Assembly: GCF_006345805.1 (NCBI RefSeq)
Contig: NC_043002.1
Coordinates: 34,782,001 to 34,846,000 of the forward strand
Direction of reading: 5' to 3'
Length of the DNA: 64,000 nt
DNA from: Octopus sinensis
Taxonomy: Eukaryota
Positions 50,600 to 61,751 of this stretch are shown in pieces (within the stretch, counting starts at the first letter, position 1; the number at the start of each line of letters is the position of its first letter). Below the pieces are notes generated by a model that was given only the letters and a program-made list of their open reading frames with translations, was not told the origin of the DNA and did no database searches. A program made the translations under genes and the position numbers.

Positions 50600-53137
50600 T
50601 TAGAGTTCAATGGAAGCAGTTATATTATAAGACAAACTATTCAAATTCTTTGCTTCATCCCCTCGCAAGGAGAGTTGTTCTGATTGAAGTTTAGGGCCTG
50701 ATTTCTCAGGCATCATTGAGGTTTTTTCAAAGTTATGTTCACCACATTCGTTGCAAGGATCTTTAGGCATCAGTGTAAAAGCAATGCGACGAGTTTTACA
50801 TTTACGACATCTGAAGAATCGTTTCATGCCTTGATGTTTCTTCACATGATGGCGTTCTTTCTTACACCTATCACCAATAGATAATGCAGTATAGCGGCAC
50901 AACTTGCAGCTGAATAATGTACATTTTACTTCAGTTATAGATTGCATTTTGACTTCACATGCCTCTTTCTTCTCCAAAGTATTGAAGTAATTCTCCTGTT
51001 TTTCATTCTCCATTTCTGTAATGGCACCAGAATGGGATGACTTTAATTTCATCAGTTTCTTTATTTCTGATGAATTTAAGTCAATATTTCCTAATAGTTT
51101 TGATCTCTTAGCTTGAGGAGGCTGTGAAGCAGACACCTCTTCTGTCGATGGTTGTAAGTCTTCGGAGATCCTTTTCTTAATCTTTTCCATAACTTTTAAA
51201 TTCTTTTCTTTACGGACAGCATTAGGATCTTCTTTCTGAAGCCCTCCACTACTTTGGATTTTCTTGACAGCCAACATTCTTGATATTTCAGAAGAATTTG
51301 AGGATCCTGGCTTGACACAATCTAAGTTAATGTTTAATCCAGTTTGTAAACCCCTCCCTAAAACTGGATTAGACAGTTTAGTGATTTTTTTTTTCACTTC
51401 CATTTGTTGTTTGTGTTTCTTGAGAAGTTCTGATGGGCTGATAGAAACAACAGAGGCATTTGTTCCAGACTCTGCTGCAAACTTCTCTTTCTTCAGTAAA
51501 TGTTTCACGAGGTTCATTGACCCAACTGATGGTGTACTCAGTATATCTAAGAATGCCTGATCCTTATCTGAAGAAAGTTTATTAAGAATGGCCTGATCTT
51601 TGTTGCCAATCTTCTGAAGACTCATTGTCGACAGCCTAGCTTGTCCCATCTTATTCTGTTGATGTTGCAGTTTGCTCACAGTAATTTTATCTTTTTGCTG
51701 TGTATTGCCGAAGGGTAATGATGTATAAGATTTACCTTGATAAAAAAACATCCCTCCCTTAGGCAGAGCCTTCTTGTTGAAGCATTTAGGAGTGACACCA
51801 GTGTAGCTATTTAATTCACTCCTTTTAGCACAAGTTAATTTATAAGCACTAGTGACATGATAGACACAGAATTCTCCTTGCATCTTATTCACAGTATTTG
51901 TACATGGAGCACCATTCTTCTTCCGTTGTTGGCATGTCCCCAAATCAGCAGACTTACCAATAACCATTAATTTATTGGGATGGCTAATGGTGAAAGCAAT
52001 ATCAGATTGCTTTCTTTCAGATTTATCCATCATGTTTGGATTTAATAAACCAATTACACTACCAACAGCCAATTTCCAGTGAGTTTTATACACTTCACCA
52101 AACAAGAAAAACGAAACATTTTCCTCACAGTTCTGTAAATCATTCAATTTCCATATACTATATGTATTTCCTTTGGAAGATTTCCTTGGTTCCCCTTTCT
52201 GTACCACAACTGCAATAGTTACCCAGTCACATTCAGATAATTCCTTTGGATTTTTATTATGGATGTGAGATAATTTAATCATTCGCCTATCTTGCATTCG
52301 TATTTTCATGGTGGAAGAGGATACTTTGGGATTAACAATACGAATTCCTGAAAAAGGATCTGTATCACAATTGTTATTAGCAGCAGTTGTATTTGTGAAA
52401 ACGTTTGCTTTTGGGTCAGATTGCCCATTAAACTGTTTTTCAATATTAATGATAGTTTGAACTGGTGATTTCGTCTTCACAGCTTTCGCTCGCAGGCTTG
52501 CCACATCATGCGTGGCCGAATGGGCGATTCGTTGGTTTGCAGACTTTTTCAGTAATTTCTTCATTTGATTACCCTCTTCACTTAATTTTGGTTTCTCTCC
52601 CTCCAAATCTTCCCAATCACTATCACTATCACCAAACAATTCATTTTTTAAAGTCGAAGATTCACTGCCGTTATTCACTAAGGAAGTGGAAAGTTTGACA
52701 GACACAGATGAAGGAGATGGTGAGGTTTTAGAACAAGAAACGTGTCTTGACTGACCTTCTGAGGTAAACAGATCGACTTCGGCACTAAGCAAACTATGAG
52801 GCTTAGGATCAGAGTTGGTTTGAGGTAAATTCGAATTTACTGGCTGTGACGGTATTGAGTTTTGTTGCTGTAATTTCTGTTCTAGTTCTTGCATACGTTC
52901 TCTCATTTTCTGTAGCTCATCCAGAAGATTCTCTTGGGAACTGGAATGAGGATCAGAGAAGGGAGTTGGTTGGTTATTTCCCAGAACATTACTTCTCAAT
53001 GTAGTGGATTTTGTGAGAGATTTACTGCAGTTTTTGGAAAAATCAGCAGTGCTTTGATCCTTTACTTCTTCATCTTCTGATGAATCCTCTCCCAAAAATT
53101 CAACCAGAGATTCTAAATTATAATTGTCATCCATCAT
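50600..53137 (-). CDS. MCM10: Minichromosome maintenance protein 10 (replication initiation factor), single uninterrupted 845-aa ORF
   Basis: N-terminal acidic segment and coiled coil (ENLLDELQKMRERMQELEQKLQQQ). Internal domain: DPFSGIRIVNPKVSS...DWVTIAVVVQK...SKGNTYSIWKLNDL...FFLFGEVY...GSVIGLLNP (OB fold), then CCCH zinc finger (DLGTCQQRKKNGAPCTNTVN...FCVYHV). C-terminal CCCH (CKLCRY...CKKERH) and CCCC (KRFFRCRKC...CNECG) zinc motifs. This is the recognised metazoan MCM10 architecture. Confidence 0.95.
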   Translation of the reverse strand: MMDDNYNLESLVEFLGEDSSEDEEVKDQSTADFSKNCSKSLTKSTTLRSNVLGNNQPTPFSDPHSSSQENLLDELQKMRERMQELEQKLQQQNSIPSQPVNSNLPQTNSDPKPHSLLSAEVDLFTSEGQSRHVSCSKTSPSPSSVSVKLSTSLVNNGSESSTLKNELFGDSDSDWEDLEGEKPKLSEEGNQMKKLLKKSANQRIAHSATHDVASLRAKAVKTKSPVQTIINIEKQFNGQSDPKANVFTNTTAANNNCDTDPFSGIRIVNPKVSSSTMKIRMQDRRMIKLSHIHNKNPKELSECDWVTIAVVVQKGEPRKSSKGNTYSIWKLNDLQNCEENVSFFLFGEVYKTHWKLAVGSVIGLLNPNMMDKSERKQSDIAFTISHPNKLMVIGKSADLGTCQQRKKNGAPCTNTVNKMQGEFCVYHVTSAYKLTCAKRSELNSYTGVTPKCFNKKALPKGGMFFYQGKSYTSLPFGNTQQKDKITVSKLQHQQNKMGQARLSTMSLQKIGNKDQAILNKLSSDKDQAFLDILSTPSVGSMNLVKHLLKKEKFAAESGTNASVVSISPSELLKKHKQQMEVKKKITKLSNPVLGRGLQTGLNINLDCVKPGSSNSSEISRMLAVKKIQSSGGLQKEDPNAVRKEKNLKVMEKIKKRISEDLQPSTEEVSASQPPQAKRSKLLGNIDLNSSEIKKLMKLKSSHSGAITEMENEKQENYFNTLEKKEACEVKMQSITEVKCTLFSCKLCRYTALSIGDRCKKERHHVKKHQGMKRFFRCRKCKTRRIAFTLMPKDPCNECGEHNFEKTSMMPEKSGPKLQSEQLSLRGDEAKNLNSLSYNITASIEL

Positions 53138-53473
53138 AGTACAGACAGAATTCGTAATTCTACGAACGAAACAACATAAAAAATTGGCGCCATAAAAGTA
53201 TGTTTGAGTGTGGCGAAGCAGAGCTAGCTTCCTATCAACATTAGAAATATAGTATAAACAATTTGAAAAAAGATTCTTTAATTGATTAAATATATATGTT
53301 TATAACATAAATTTCTGAAGAAATAAGTGAATTATATTACAGTAAAATAAGCGAATGACATTACGAAACAAACAGTAGCTGTCAGGTTGAATGCTAATGT
53401 ACGCATGCGCTCTAAATTCTATCGTTCTATATCCTATGTCTTTTTTTGTGTTACGAACGTTGAAATATTTCTA
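53138..53473. promoter_or_regulatory. Bidirectional promoter region between MCM10 and LENG8-like gene
   Basis: Divergent start codons about 336 bp apart. E2F-like/YY1-like AATTGGCGCCAT at 53182-53193, NRF1-like TACGCATGCGC at 53400-53410, and visibly more CpGs than the flanks. Confidence 0.7.
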
Positions 53474-53529
53474 ATGTCGTCAGTTTCTTGGAATAATAAC
53501 CCTACCTCAGGGTCGGAAACACCAGAAAG
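53474..53529 (+). CDS. LENG8: Probable first coding exon of LENG8-like gene (MSSVSWNNNPTSGSETPE + AG)
   Basis: ATG at 53474, 18 codons plus 2 nt, donor AG|GTATTA at 53530. Phase 2 matches the phase-2 acceptor at 59621 (AG+T = Ser, then SDNVMYPNKPEW). Inferred from splice phase, not from homology of this exon. Confidence 0.55.
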
Positions 53530-55237
53530 GTATTATGAATGTATATTAAAATGTATTCATCGTTTTACTATGATCAGTAAATGCTATTTTGATGTTATAG
53601 CAAATATTTTGTGTTGGTTAATTTACTGTAATATGGCGTCTAGTGCTGATAAAGAAATCGACTGATTTATGTATATACATATATGCTGTTGGTATATGTA
53701 TATATACATACATACACACTGTTGGTATATGTATATATTTATATATATATATACCAGGAACAGACTGGTGTATCATATCAGAAGTAAAGAGGCAATATAG
53801 GACAGATATGGGGTAAAGATCGCCAGATATGCGATATATAAATAGCGGGGACTTTGTGATTTACCTTCGATGTAAGTCATGTAGATATGAACTGGTGTGT
53901 ATGTATATCTGTAAAACAGAACAGTAATATTACGTTATGTTAAACACTGGAAATAGGCTACAATTACATACACATATATATACGGAAGGAGAGCTTTAGA
54001 AAGTAACGATGTTAATTAAGCAAACAGTCACACAAATGTATCTTGATGCTTTTTACAAATAATTATTGAAAGACAAGTTAAACCAAATGAGAAAAATCAC
54101 ATAAGACAGTGAGTTTCGTCTTTGTATCAAAATCTCTAAAATATTTATAATGGCGTGTGTTTTGAAAAGAAAATCATGTTTAAAGAACGTTGATGTGATA
54201 CAGCAAATAAAACGGAAAAAAATATTTTGGTGTGAGGAAGAAAGGAATTCTTATGTCTTGAGGTGAACTGTTCGGCGAAGAACCTACCCAAAATGTTAGG
54301 CTTCTGTTTTTCGCATCAAAATAATTTATTCCTGTCCAACTTTTTGTATTTATTATTTGCTGTTACGGACCATCGGTAGTTTCACTGCTATTTCACTTGT
54401 AAACTTCAGTGAGACCACCTCAATGCCACTCCTTATAATGGCGGCATTCACTACATCTCAGATTTTCTCATGTTACGTTTAACATATATTGGCACTGCTA
54501 TGCACGGTGGCTCCCGTCATTTAAAATTTAAATAACATAATTAGAGCATTACTTGCCCCTTATTTATTAATTGTTGATAGTTATTAAAATCCGTTTAATT
54601 ATGGAGCTTGTTTAGATTCATATCTCAGTTATTTTTACTCTGCCACTTTTATCCTTTGCTTTCGCTTTACGCCCACCGACTATAACTATAGCTTCTATGT
54701 GGTCACCTGCCAGAAAAAAACATCCAAATTTTCCTTATATTACATCCAGTCGCATTAAAAAAAAAGGAAAGGAAAAAAAATTATAATGCAGTCTTACAAG
54801 GATGCGGGGTTGAAGGAATGTCATTGTTGGACTCCCTGACCGCGGGCTAAACACTGACAACAAATGGAAAAGATACACAATTTCTATAAAATTATAACAG
54901 TTTTAACAAATACTTAAGATCAAATCACTCCATCCCGCAATTAATTAGATAACAGTTATATGAGAGATTGTAGTTAAGCTACGGGAGAATTGTGTAGACT
55001 AACTTTTCCTCAACTGGGGCCGTATCGTACCATTTCCTAGTGGGAGAGGGCCGCATGATAAAACAAATGCATGAAATATTACTTGCCCACTTTACACTGA
55101 ATTTTTTTGCAGTTCTTCTTAATTTTATTTGTCTTAGTATGAAATTAGTAACCTAGAAACTCGTCGATGGCGCAGGTGTCCATGCATGGTTTAGATCTAT
55201 TTCTTTATTACCCACAAGGGGCTTGCGTGGTTTAGAT

Positions 55238-56610
55238 CATCATCATCATCGTTTAACGTCTGCTTTCCATGCTGGCATGGGTTGGACGGTTTGACAGCAC
55301 TGGTGAACCAGAGCTGCACCAGACTCAATCTGATCTGACAAAGTTTCTTCAGCTGTATGCCCTTCCTAGCGTCAACCACGCAGAGTGTAGTGGGTGCTTT
55401 TTACGTGCCACCGGCACGACCACGCTCAAAAGGTGTTTTTACGTGCTACTTGCACGGGAGCCAGTCCGGCGGCACTGGCAACGACCACGCTTGAATGGTG
55501 CTTTGCACGTGTCACGGACACGGGAGCTAATCCGTGGCCCTGGCAACGATCACGCTCGGATATGCTTCTCTTAACGTTCCACTGGCCCGAGTGCCAATCA
55601 GGCGGTACTGTCATCGGCCACGTCAGCGATTTTGATGTGTTTACACTTGCCTCAATAGGTCTTCGCAAGCAAAGTTCATTGTCCAGTGAATGAGACGTTA
55701 CACCCTACGTTTTGGATGTGCTTTTAATGTTCCACTGGCACGAGTGCCAATCAGGCGGTACTGTCATAGGCCACGTCAGCGATTTTGATGTGTTTACACT
55801 TGCCTCAATGGGTCTTCGCAAGCAAAGTTCATTGTCCAGTGAATGAGGGGTTACACCCCACGTTTTGGATGTGCTTTTAATGTTCCACTGGCACGAGTGC
55901 CAATCAGGCGGTACTGTCATAGGCCACGTCAGCGATTTTGATGTGTTTACACTTGCCTCAATGGGTCTTCGCAAGCAAAGTTCATTGTCCAGTGAATGAG
56001 ACGTTACACCCTACGTTTTGGATGTGCTTTTAATGTTCCACTGGCACGAGTGCCAATCAGGCGGTACTGTCATAGGCCACGTCAGCGATTTTGATGTGTT
56101 TACACTTGCCTCAATGGGTCTTCGCAAGCAAAGTTCATTGTCCAGTGAATGAGACGTTACACCCTACGTTTTGGATATGCTTTTAATGTTCCACTGGCAC
56201 GAGTGCCAATCAGGCAGTACTGTCGTCAGTCACGTCAGCAATTTTCATTTTAATTTTGATTTCACTTGCGTCAATAGCTCTTCACAAGCAAGGTTTATTG
56301 TCCAATGAATGAGGGGTATTCATAAATGGGCTGGTTACACCCACTGGCAGAGGCTATGGGCAATGGTCTCACTTGGCTTGTCAGGTCTTCTCAAGTACAG
56401 CATATCCCAAATGTCCTGGTCACTGGTCATTGCCTCGGTAAGGCCCAATGTTCGAAGGTTGTGCTTCACCACCTCATCCCAGGTTTTCTTGGGTCTACCT
56501 TTTCCACAGGTTCCCTCAACTGCTAGGGTGTGACACTTTTTCACACAGCTATCCTCATTCACAACATATGACCATACTAGCAGAGTCATTTGTCTTGCGC
56601 ACTAAATATG
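55238..56610 (-). mobile_element. RTE LINE 3' fragment (ORF C-terminus plus expanded 3' UTR) in LENG8 intron 1
   Basis: EDSCVKKCHTLAVEGTCGKGRPKKTWDEVVKH matches the 27-28 kb copy. Same 3' tail with (GAT)n. Confidence 0.9.
55563..56300. repeat. Tandem array, about 5 x 153 bp, inside RTE 3' UTR
   Basis: Anchor GTGCCAATCA at 55591, 55744, 55897, 56050, 56203 (period exactly 153). Units are near-identical. Confidence 0.95.
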
Positions 56611-56875
56611 ATGCATCTTAAATACAGTTTTTTAAAATTGTTAGATGAGACTGAATGCAGATTAACACCAAACTATACCGTGTTTCTGCATGTTGTATTA
56701 GGTGCTAAAAGGACTGGTAATAGCAAGAACATCAGGTAGTAACATACTGCCTCAGAAAACTCATCTTTCTATGGAAAAGTGAACTTAAAGCATTGTTGAT
56801 GAATCTGCTCTTGATTGTCTATTTTAAAGTATTCAGATTTAATGAAAAATCTAATTTTAAAAAATGAGATTTCTG

Positions 56876-57064
56876 TTGGCCTTTGGCATTCTGATTACTC
56901 TGTCAAGTGTAATACTTATTTATTTACATTAAAAAAAAAATTAATCATGCATGATTTCATAGCTTTGAGGTAATGATGTGATAATATTTAGAATGACCAA
57001 CTTGAACATAAAACAGGTAGAATATTTTTGCTGAATATGGCCAGTTTAAATGCCAGTGGGTTAA
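56876..57064. mobile_element. piggyBac-like MITE, second family (left end also at 459-540)
   Basis: CCTTTGGCATTCTGATTACTCTGTCAA matches 463-490. The right end is GGGTTAA. Confidence 0.6.
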
Positions 57065-58534
57065 TTTATGAGTATTTAAATTGAGCCAATAAGAGAATTT
57101 GTTTGGTTGTTGACTTGCTGGAAATAGTAGCCAGATCTCACAAATCACACCAAAACTGTTTTTAAAAAGTAATCGGAAGTGTATATTGGACAAACTTTTC
57201 CAAGATATGCAAAAAAGAATATTGTTGACTGAAATTCCTTTGATTAAATTTCTACTCAAATGGAACTATTTCTGCAATTTGGAAAACAGTAAAAAAGGAA
57301 AAACAAACCTTTAATTTGTAGAAATAAGGTTTAGAGGTCATAATTTGGTGGCAATAATTACAAAGGAGCAGAGGTATTTAGGAGTGCACAAGGAAATATA
57401 TACTGAAGAACTTTGTCTTCATTTTTTTTCACAACAAATTTTGGTGTAACTATTTGGTTGTAATGTTGAAGAAATGTAGGAAATTTGAATGATTGCCATA
57501 ATTAGTTTAAGAAAATTGTTCATTATGTTAAATTCCATTATCTACTTTTCAAAATTATTGCAAGAGAAGTCTACTCCCAAAACAAGTTTTTTTGTAGTGA
57601 CCTCTGATTTCATATACATTTTATTTTGATAATTGTGAAATTATCTTTTGTAAAGTGATTTACTTCGACTTGCCTCACTATTTTATTGCTAAAGGGCATT
57701 CACTTCATGTTTATTTGAGGGATGTTCGATTAAGACCCAAAGATTCTTTAATTTTATTTATAGATTAAAAAGAAAAATTTAAATAGTTTAGCATCTGGGA
57801 GGTAGCTTCTCCGTAGGAAGTGAGTAGGTAGGACTTAATAGTTTGTATACAAAAAGTATAGTGGAGTCTATAGCAGTGGCAAGACTTAAACGTACTGAAA
57901 GAAATGGAAATAAAGCCCATGAAGTATTAAGATGACTCACAAGATGTAGTTATAAGTTTCTGGTCCTGGAGATGGCTGTAATAAAACCGTAGACATTAAA
58001 ATAAAAGTAAATATGTGATCATAGTTCAGTGACCTATTATAAATATTTTTTCTCATCATGAAGATAGACTATATGAAGAATTTATAAAAATGCATGATAC
58101 TATTTGGTAGTGAGACTTCTGTAGATGATCTATGGGAACCGAAGAAGAATGGCTTAAGTATGATTTGTTGAAAGTTGTCAGGTGATGTATGCAAGAAAAG
58201 ATTACACTGATATGAACTTGGTTAAAAAGTGTCGCATGGTAGTAATGGACAGTAACCATAGAATAAAATGTGATTAAATCTGATCTCGAGATACTGGGTA
58301 ACACACACAAAATAACGAAGCATTGGAAATATGAATTGTCCAGTTGATGGCAGATGTGGGAAAATAGTGTGTTAACCTTTTGAATGATGATTGTAATGAT
58401 CTTTGCTACCACCCTCAGTTTCAAAATGGTGTTTTGCTGAATAGTTTTGCTTCACCAACAGCCTGTCTCAGAGAAATTAAATATTGATCAATTTTTTTAC
58501 ATGTAGTGTTTATCTTCATTAAATATCTTTGACA

Positions 58535-59310
58535 TCATCATTTAGTGTCCGTTTTCCATCCTGGCATGGGCTAGACAGTGTAACTAGAACTGGTAAGATG
58601 GAAAGCTGCACTAGGCTCCAATCTGTTTTGGCCTAGTTTCTACAACTAGATACCATTCCTAACACACCGGCATGGATGCCTTTTACATATCACTGGCATG
58701 GGCACCTTTTATGTCTCACCAGCGTGGGTGCCTCACGCATGTCACCAGCACAGGTACCTTTTACATATCAATAGCACTGGTCATGAGTGTAGTTTCACTT
58801 AACTTTATGTGTCTTCTCAAGCACAGCAAATTGCCAAAAGTCTCGGTCACTTGTCATTGTCTCCATTAGACTCAACATCTAAAGATTTTATTTCACCGCT
58901 TTATTCCATGTCTTCCTGGGTCTACCTCTTCCATAGGTTCCCTCCACAATTAGAGATCTGCACTTATTTATGCATCTGTCTTTGTCCATATGCGCTGCAT
59001 GGCCATATCAGTACAGTCTTCTCTCTTGCACACTACATCTCATGCCCTCCCTCTTATACCCAATTTTTCTCTTGTGACACACTCTGTTTTACATGCACAC
59101 TGACATTGCACATTCAACAAAGCATACTAAGTTCATTTCTTTCAAGCCTTTGCATGTCCTCTGCAGCCACAGCTCATGTGTCACTGCCTTGTAGCATAGT
59201 TGTTTGCACACAAGCATCATACAATCTGCCTTTCACTCTGAGGGAGAGGCTCTTTGTTACCAACAAAGGTAGAAGCTCTCTGAACTTCACCTAGCCTGTT
59301 CTTAATCTTG
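58535..59310 (-). mobile_element. RTE LINE 3' fragment, decayed
   Basis: Reverse complement carries RLYDACVQTTMLQGSDT and GRGRP-like segments and the shared RTE tail. Confidence 0.8.
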
Positions 59311-59620
59311 CAGCTCTAATTACAATACTTCCATGAGAAGTTGTTTTTTTTTATTGTAATGATACTGTCATTGTTTCTTTCTACTTTAGATTATAATGTG
59401 GCATAAAAACATAGTTTTGATTATTAGTTAGGTTGCACATCGGTTATATTTTCACCTGCAGAGTAAATAAACTAGTAGAACAAAATGTCAACATACTTAT
59501 CATATTTTGATTTTTTGCACCTGTATTGCTCTTTATTTTATTTTAGCTGTTATTTAGATTCTTGTCTTCAAACAATTTTTAATTGTTTTTTAAAACTTTC
59601 TTTTAAAATCTTTTTTTTAG

Positions 59621-59998
59621 TTCTGATAATGTAATGTATCCTAATAAACCAGAATGGGAAACTGCTCGGAAAGCATTGGAGGCTGTAAGTGGTTTAAAGT
59701 TAAAAACTGACACTGATAGCTGCAAAGATACTAGTCCGACAAAAGCTGCTGTCCTTTCAGCTCAACAAAGTCTTGGTCTGCCGGCCTCTGTCTTACCCTG
59801 TCAACCAATGCCTCCTCCTCCACCTCTTCAGAGTCCTCACCCAGCTGGTAATGTTGGCCACAACATGCAACAAATGCCACCACCACCACCACCACCCCAT
59901 CCCAACATGAACTTACCTGACCAGTCTAACAACAGCAGCAGCAACAACTTCTACTACAACAACAACTATAATATGTATTCTCAGTATCCTTATGGACA
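59621..59998 (+). CDS. LENG8: Exon of LENG8/THP3-like (SAC3-family) protein, N-terminal P/Q/Y-rich region
   Basis: Strong acceptor (ttttttttag at 59611-59620) and donor CA|GTAAGT at 59999. Peptide NKPEWETARKALEAVS resembles the remembered LENG8 N-terminal motif NPEWEKARQALASIS. It is followed by Pro-rich and Y/N/Q-rich segments as in LENG8. The SAC3/PCI domain is not in this window. Confidence 0.75.
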
Positions 59999-60130
59999 GT
60001 AAGTATTGTCCAGCAGATTACACATTTATTCTGCAATCTCATCAAGATATTATTATTATTGTCTATTAAACCTGTTTAGTTCTTATTTCTTTGATATGTA
60101 GTTTATTACATTCCTCTTCGTCTTTACTAG

Positions 60131-60191
60131 GTATTACAATATGCCACAACAATATGGTAATGTACCACCCTATGGCCAGTATCAACAGAAT
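60131..60191 (+). CDS. LENG8: Next LENG8-like exon (Q|YYNMPQQYGNVPPYGQYQQN)
   Basis: Acceptor tctttactag, 61 nt open in the phase required by the previous exon (CA+G), donor AAT|GTAAGT at 60192. Y/Q/P-rich like the LENG8 N-terminus. Confidence 0.75.
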
Positions 60192-61214
60192 GTAAGTATT
60201 GAATTTCTATTGTTGTTATTATTGTTGTAGATTAGCTGAATTGTTAGTCATAGCCAAATACTGTGAGGCATTTTGCCTTGCAGTATTTGGCCAACTTTGT
60301 CATTTATTCTTCTTAGGTTGGTAAAATCGAGCAAGTATTGAAACCAATGCTTGTCAGACAAATAATTGCTTGTCCCTCCCTTAAAATTCCTGGCCTTGTA
60401 CTCCTGTTAAAAAAAAAATTATTATAGAATTCATGTAAGATGTACAAAATATACATTAAAGTAATTATTGTGTTCTTTGTCATTGATCAATTGATTTGTT
60501 TGTAGATCATTGTTCAAATAATATATAATAATAATGCATAGATTTAAATGTGATTAACTTCTTCCTGCTCACAAATTACTCTGCCTTGGTGTTTCAGTTA
60601 ATTTTGAAAATAGTTGAGAATTTTGAGGGATACAGTGCATGTGTTATTATTGGTGTAATGATTCTTCCAAGACAACAAAATTAATAAAATAACTTATTTC
60701 ATTATTAAGCTGTTTGGAACATAAATGATTTTTACATAAAATATTGTTAGGTTTTCATTTAGAAGTGTAGACTTTAAATCAAGTAAACTTTGTAAAATGG
60801 TAATATTGCCATCGATTCCAGATGCTTTCTCAGATAGGATAGTAAACTTCAGAATTTACTGGTTCCAGAAAAACCTGGAATTGTATGCATTGCTTGTGTC
60901 AAGGAAAGGAGCATCTACTGATACCTGTAAACACCTTATTCTACTTCTATCCAACATTTCTAAAGTGGTGGGGATATTTGCTTATTCCTCTTCAGCAATT
61001 ATCACTCAGTACAGGTGTAGAAAAACCTCTTCTGTTACATAATATAGAAATTTGTTTCCAGTGTCAGGAAACTGATCAAGGTTACTACTTCCCAGTCACT
61101 CTGTGTATTGTATACACAATCCTTCTCTTTTATCCACCATCTTCCTCAATGCAGTTTGCCTCAATCAACTTCTCACCAACTCTCTTCTGTTTTATATTTC
61201 CCTTATACTAATCA

Positions 61215-61438
61215 TTAACTCTGTATTACAAAATTTCTTTTGAAACACTGCTTTTGTTTCATTTAATTTTGAAAAAAAATGAAAAATTTAGTAACAACTT
61301 AATCTTTGTTAAGCTGATGTTTGAAATATAAATTAACATGAAATTTTTATGGAGGGTTTCAATTTAAATCACCTTAAAACAGCAGGTTTGTCTTATAGAA
61401 CCGGGATTGTCTCAGGAGGTTTGCATCAAAAGGGTTGT
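61215..61438. mobile_element. Diverged piggyBac-like MITE
   Basis: TTAAC start, AAGGGTT end, and internal similarity to 56-283. Confidence 0.5.
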
Positions 61439-61669
61439 ATATCATTTACCTTACTCTGCAGTCAACTATCTGGACATTGCTGTCTCTAAGCTAGTGTTCC
61501 TCATGGTTGTGTATGGATTACTTCAGCATGGAGTATAATAAGTAACAAGTGAATAAATTTGCAATAGAGTAATAATTAAAACTTCTTTTGAATATATATA
61601 TATATATATAAATGGCGGTGCCCCAGCATGGCCACAGCTTGTGAGCTGAAACTAGATGAAATAAAAATA

Positions 61670-61751
<82 letters not shown>

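Noticed and set aside
51264-52698. Plus-strand ORFs of 60-98 aa within MCM10
   Set aside because: Antisense shadows of the MCM10 coding sequence.
53633-53665. MASSADKEID* as an alternative LENG8 start
   Set aside because: Ends in a stop with no donor before it. It lies inside the inferred intron 1 and is more likely a YY1-like ATGGCG motif.
55563-56300. CRISPR-like appearance of the 153-bp and ~166-bp arrays
   Set aside because: Whole units are repeated with no unique spacers, there are no cas genes, and the context is eukaryotic TE.
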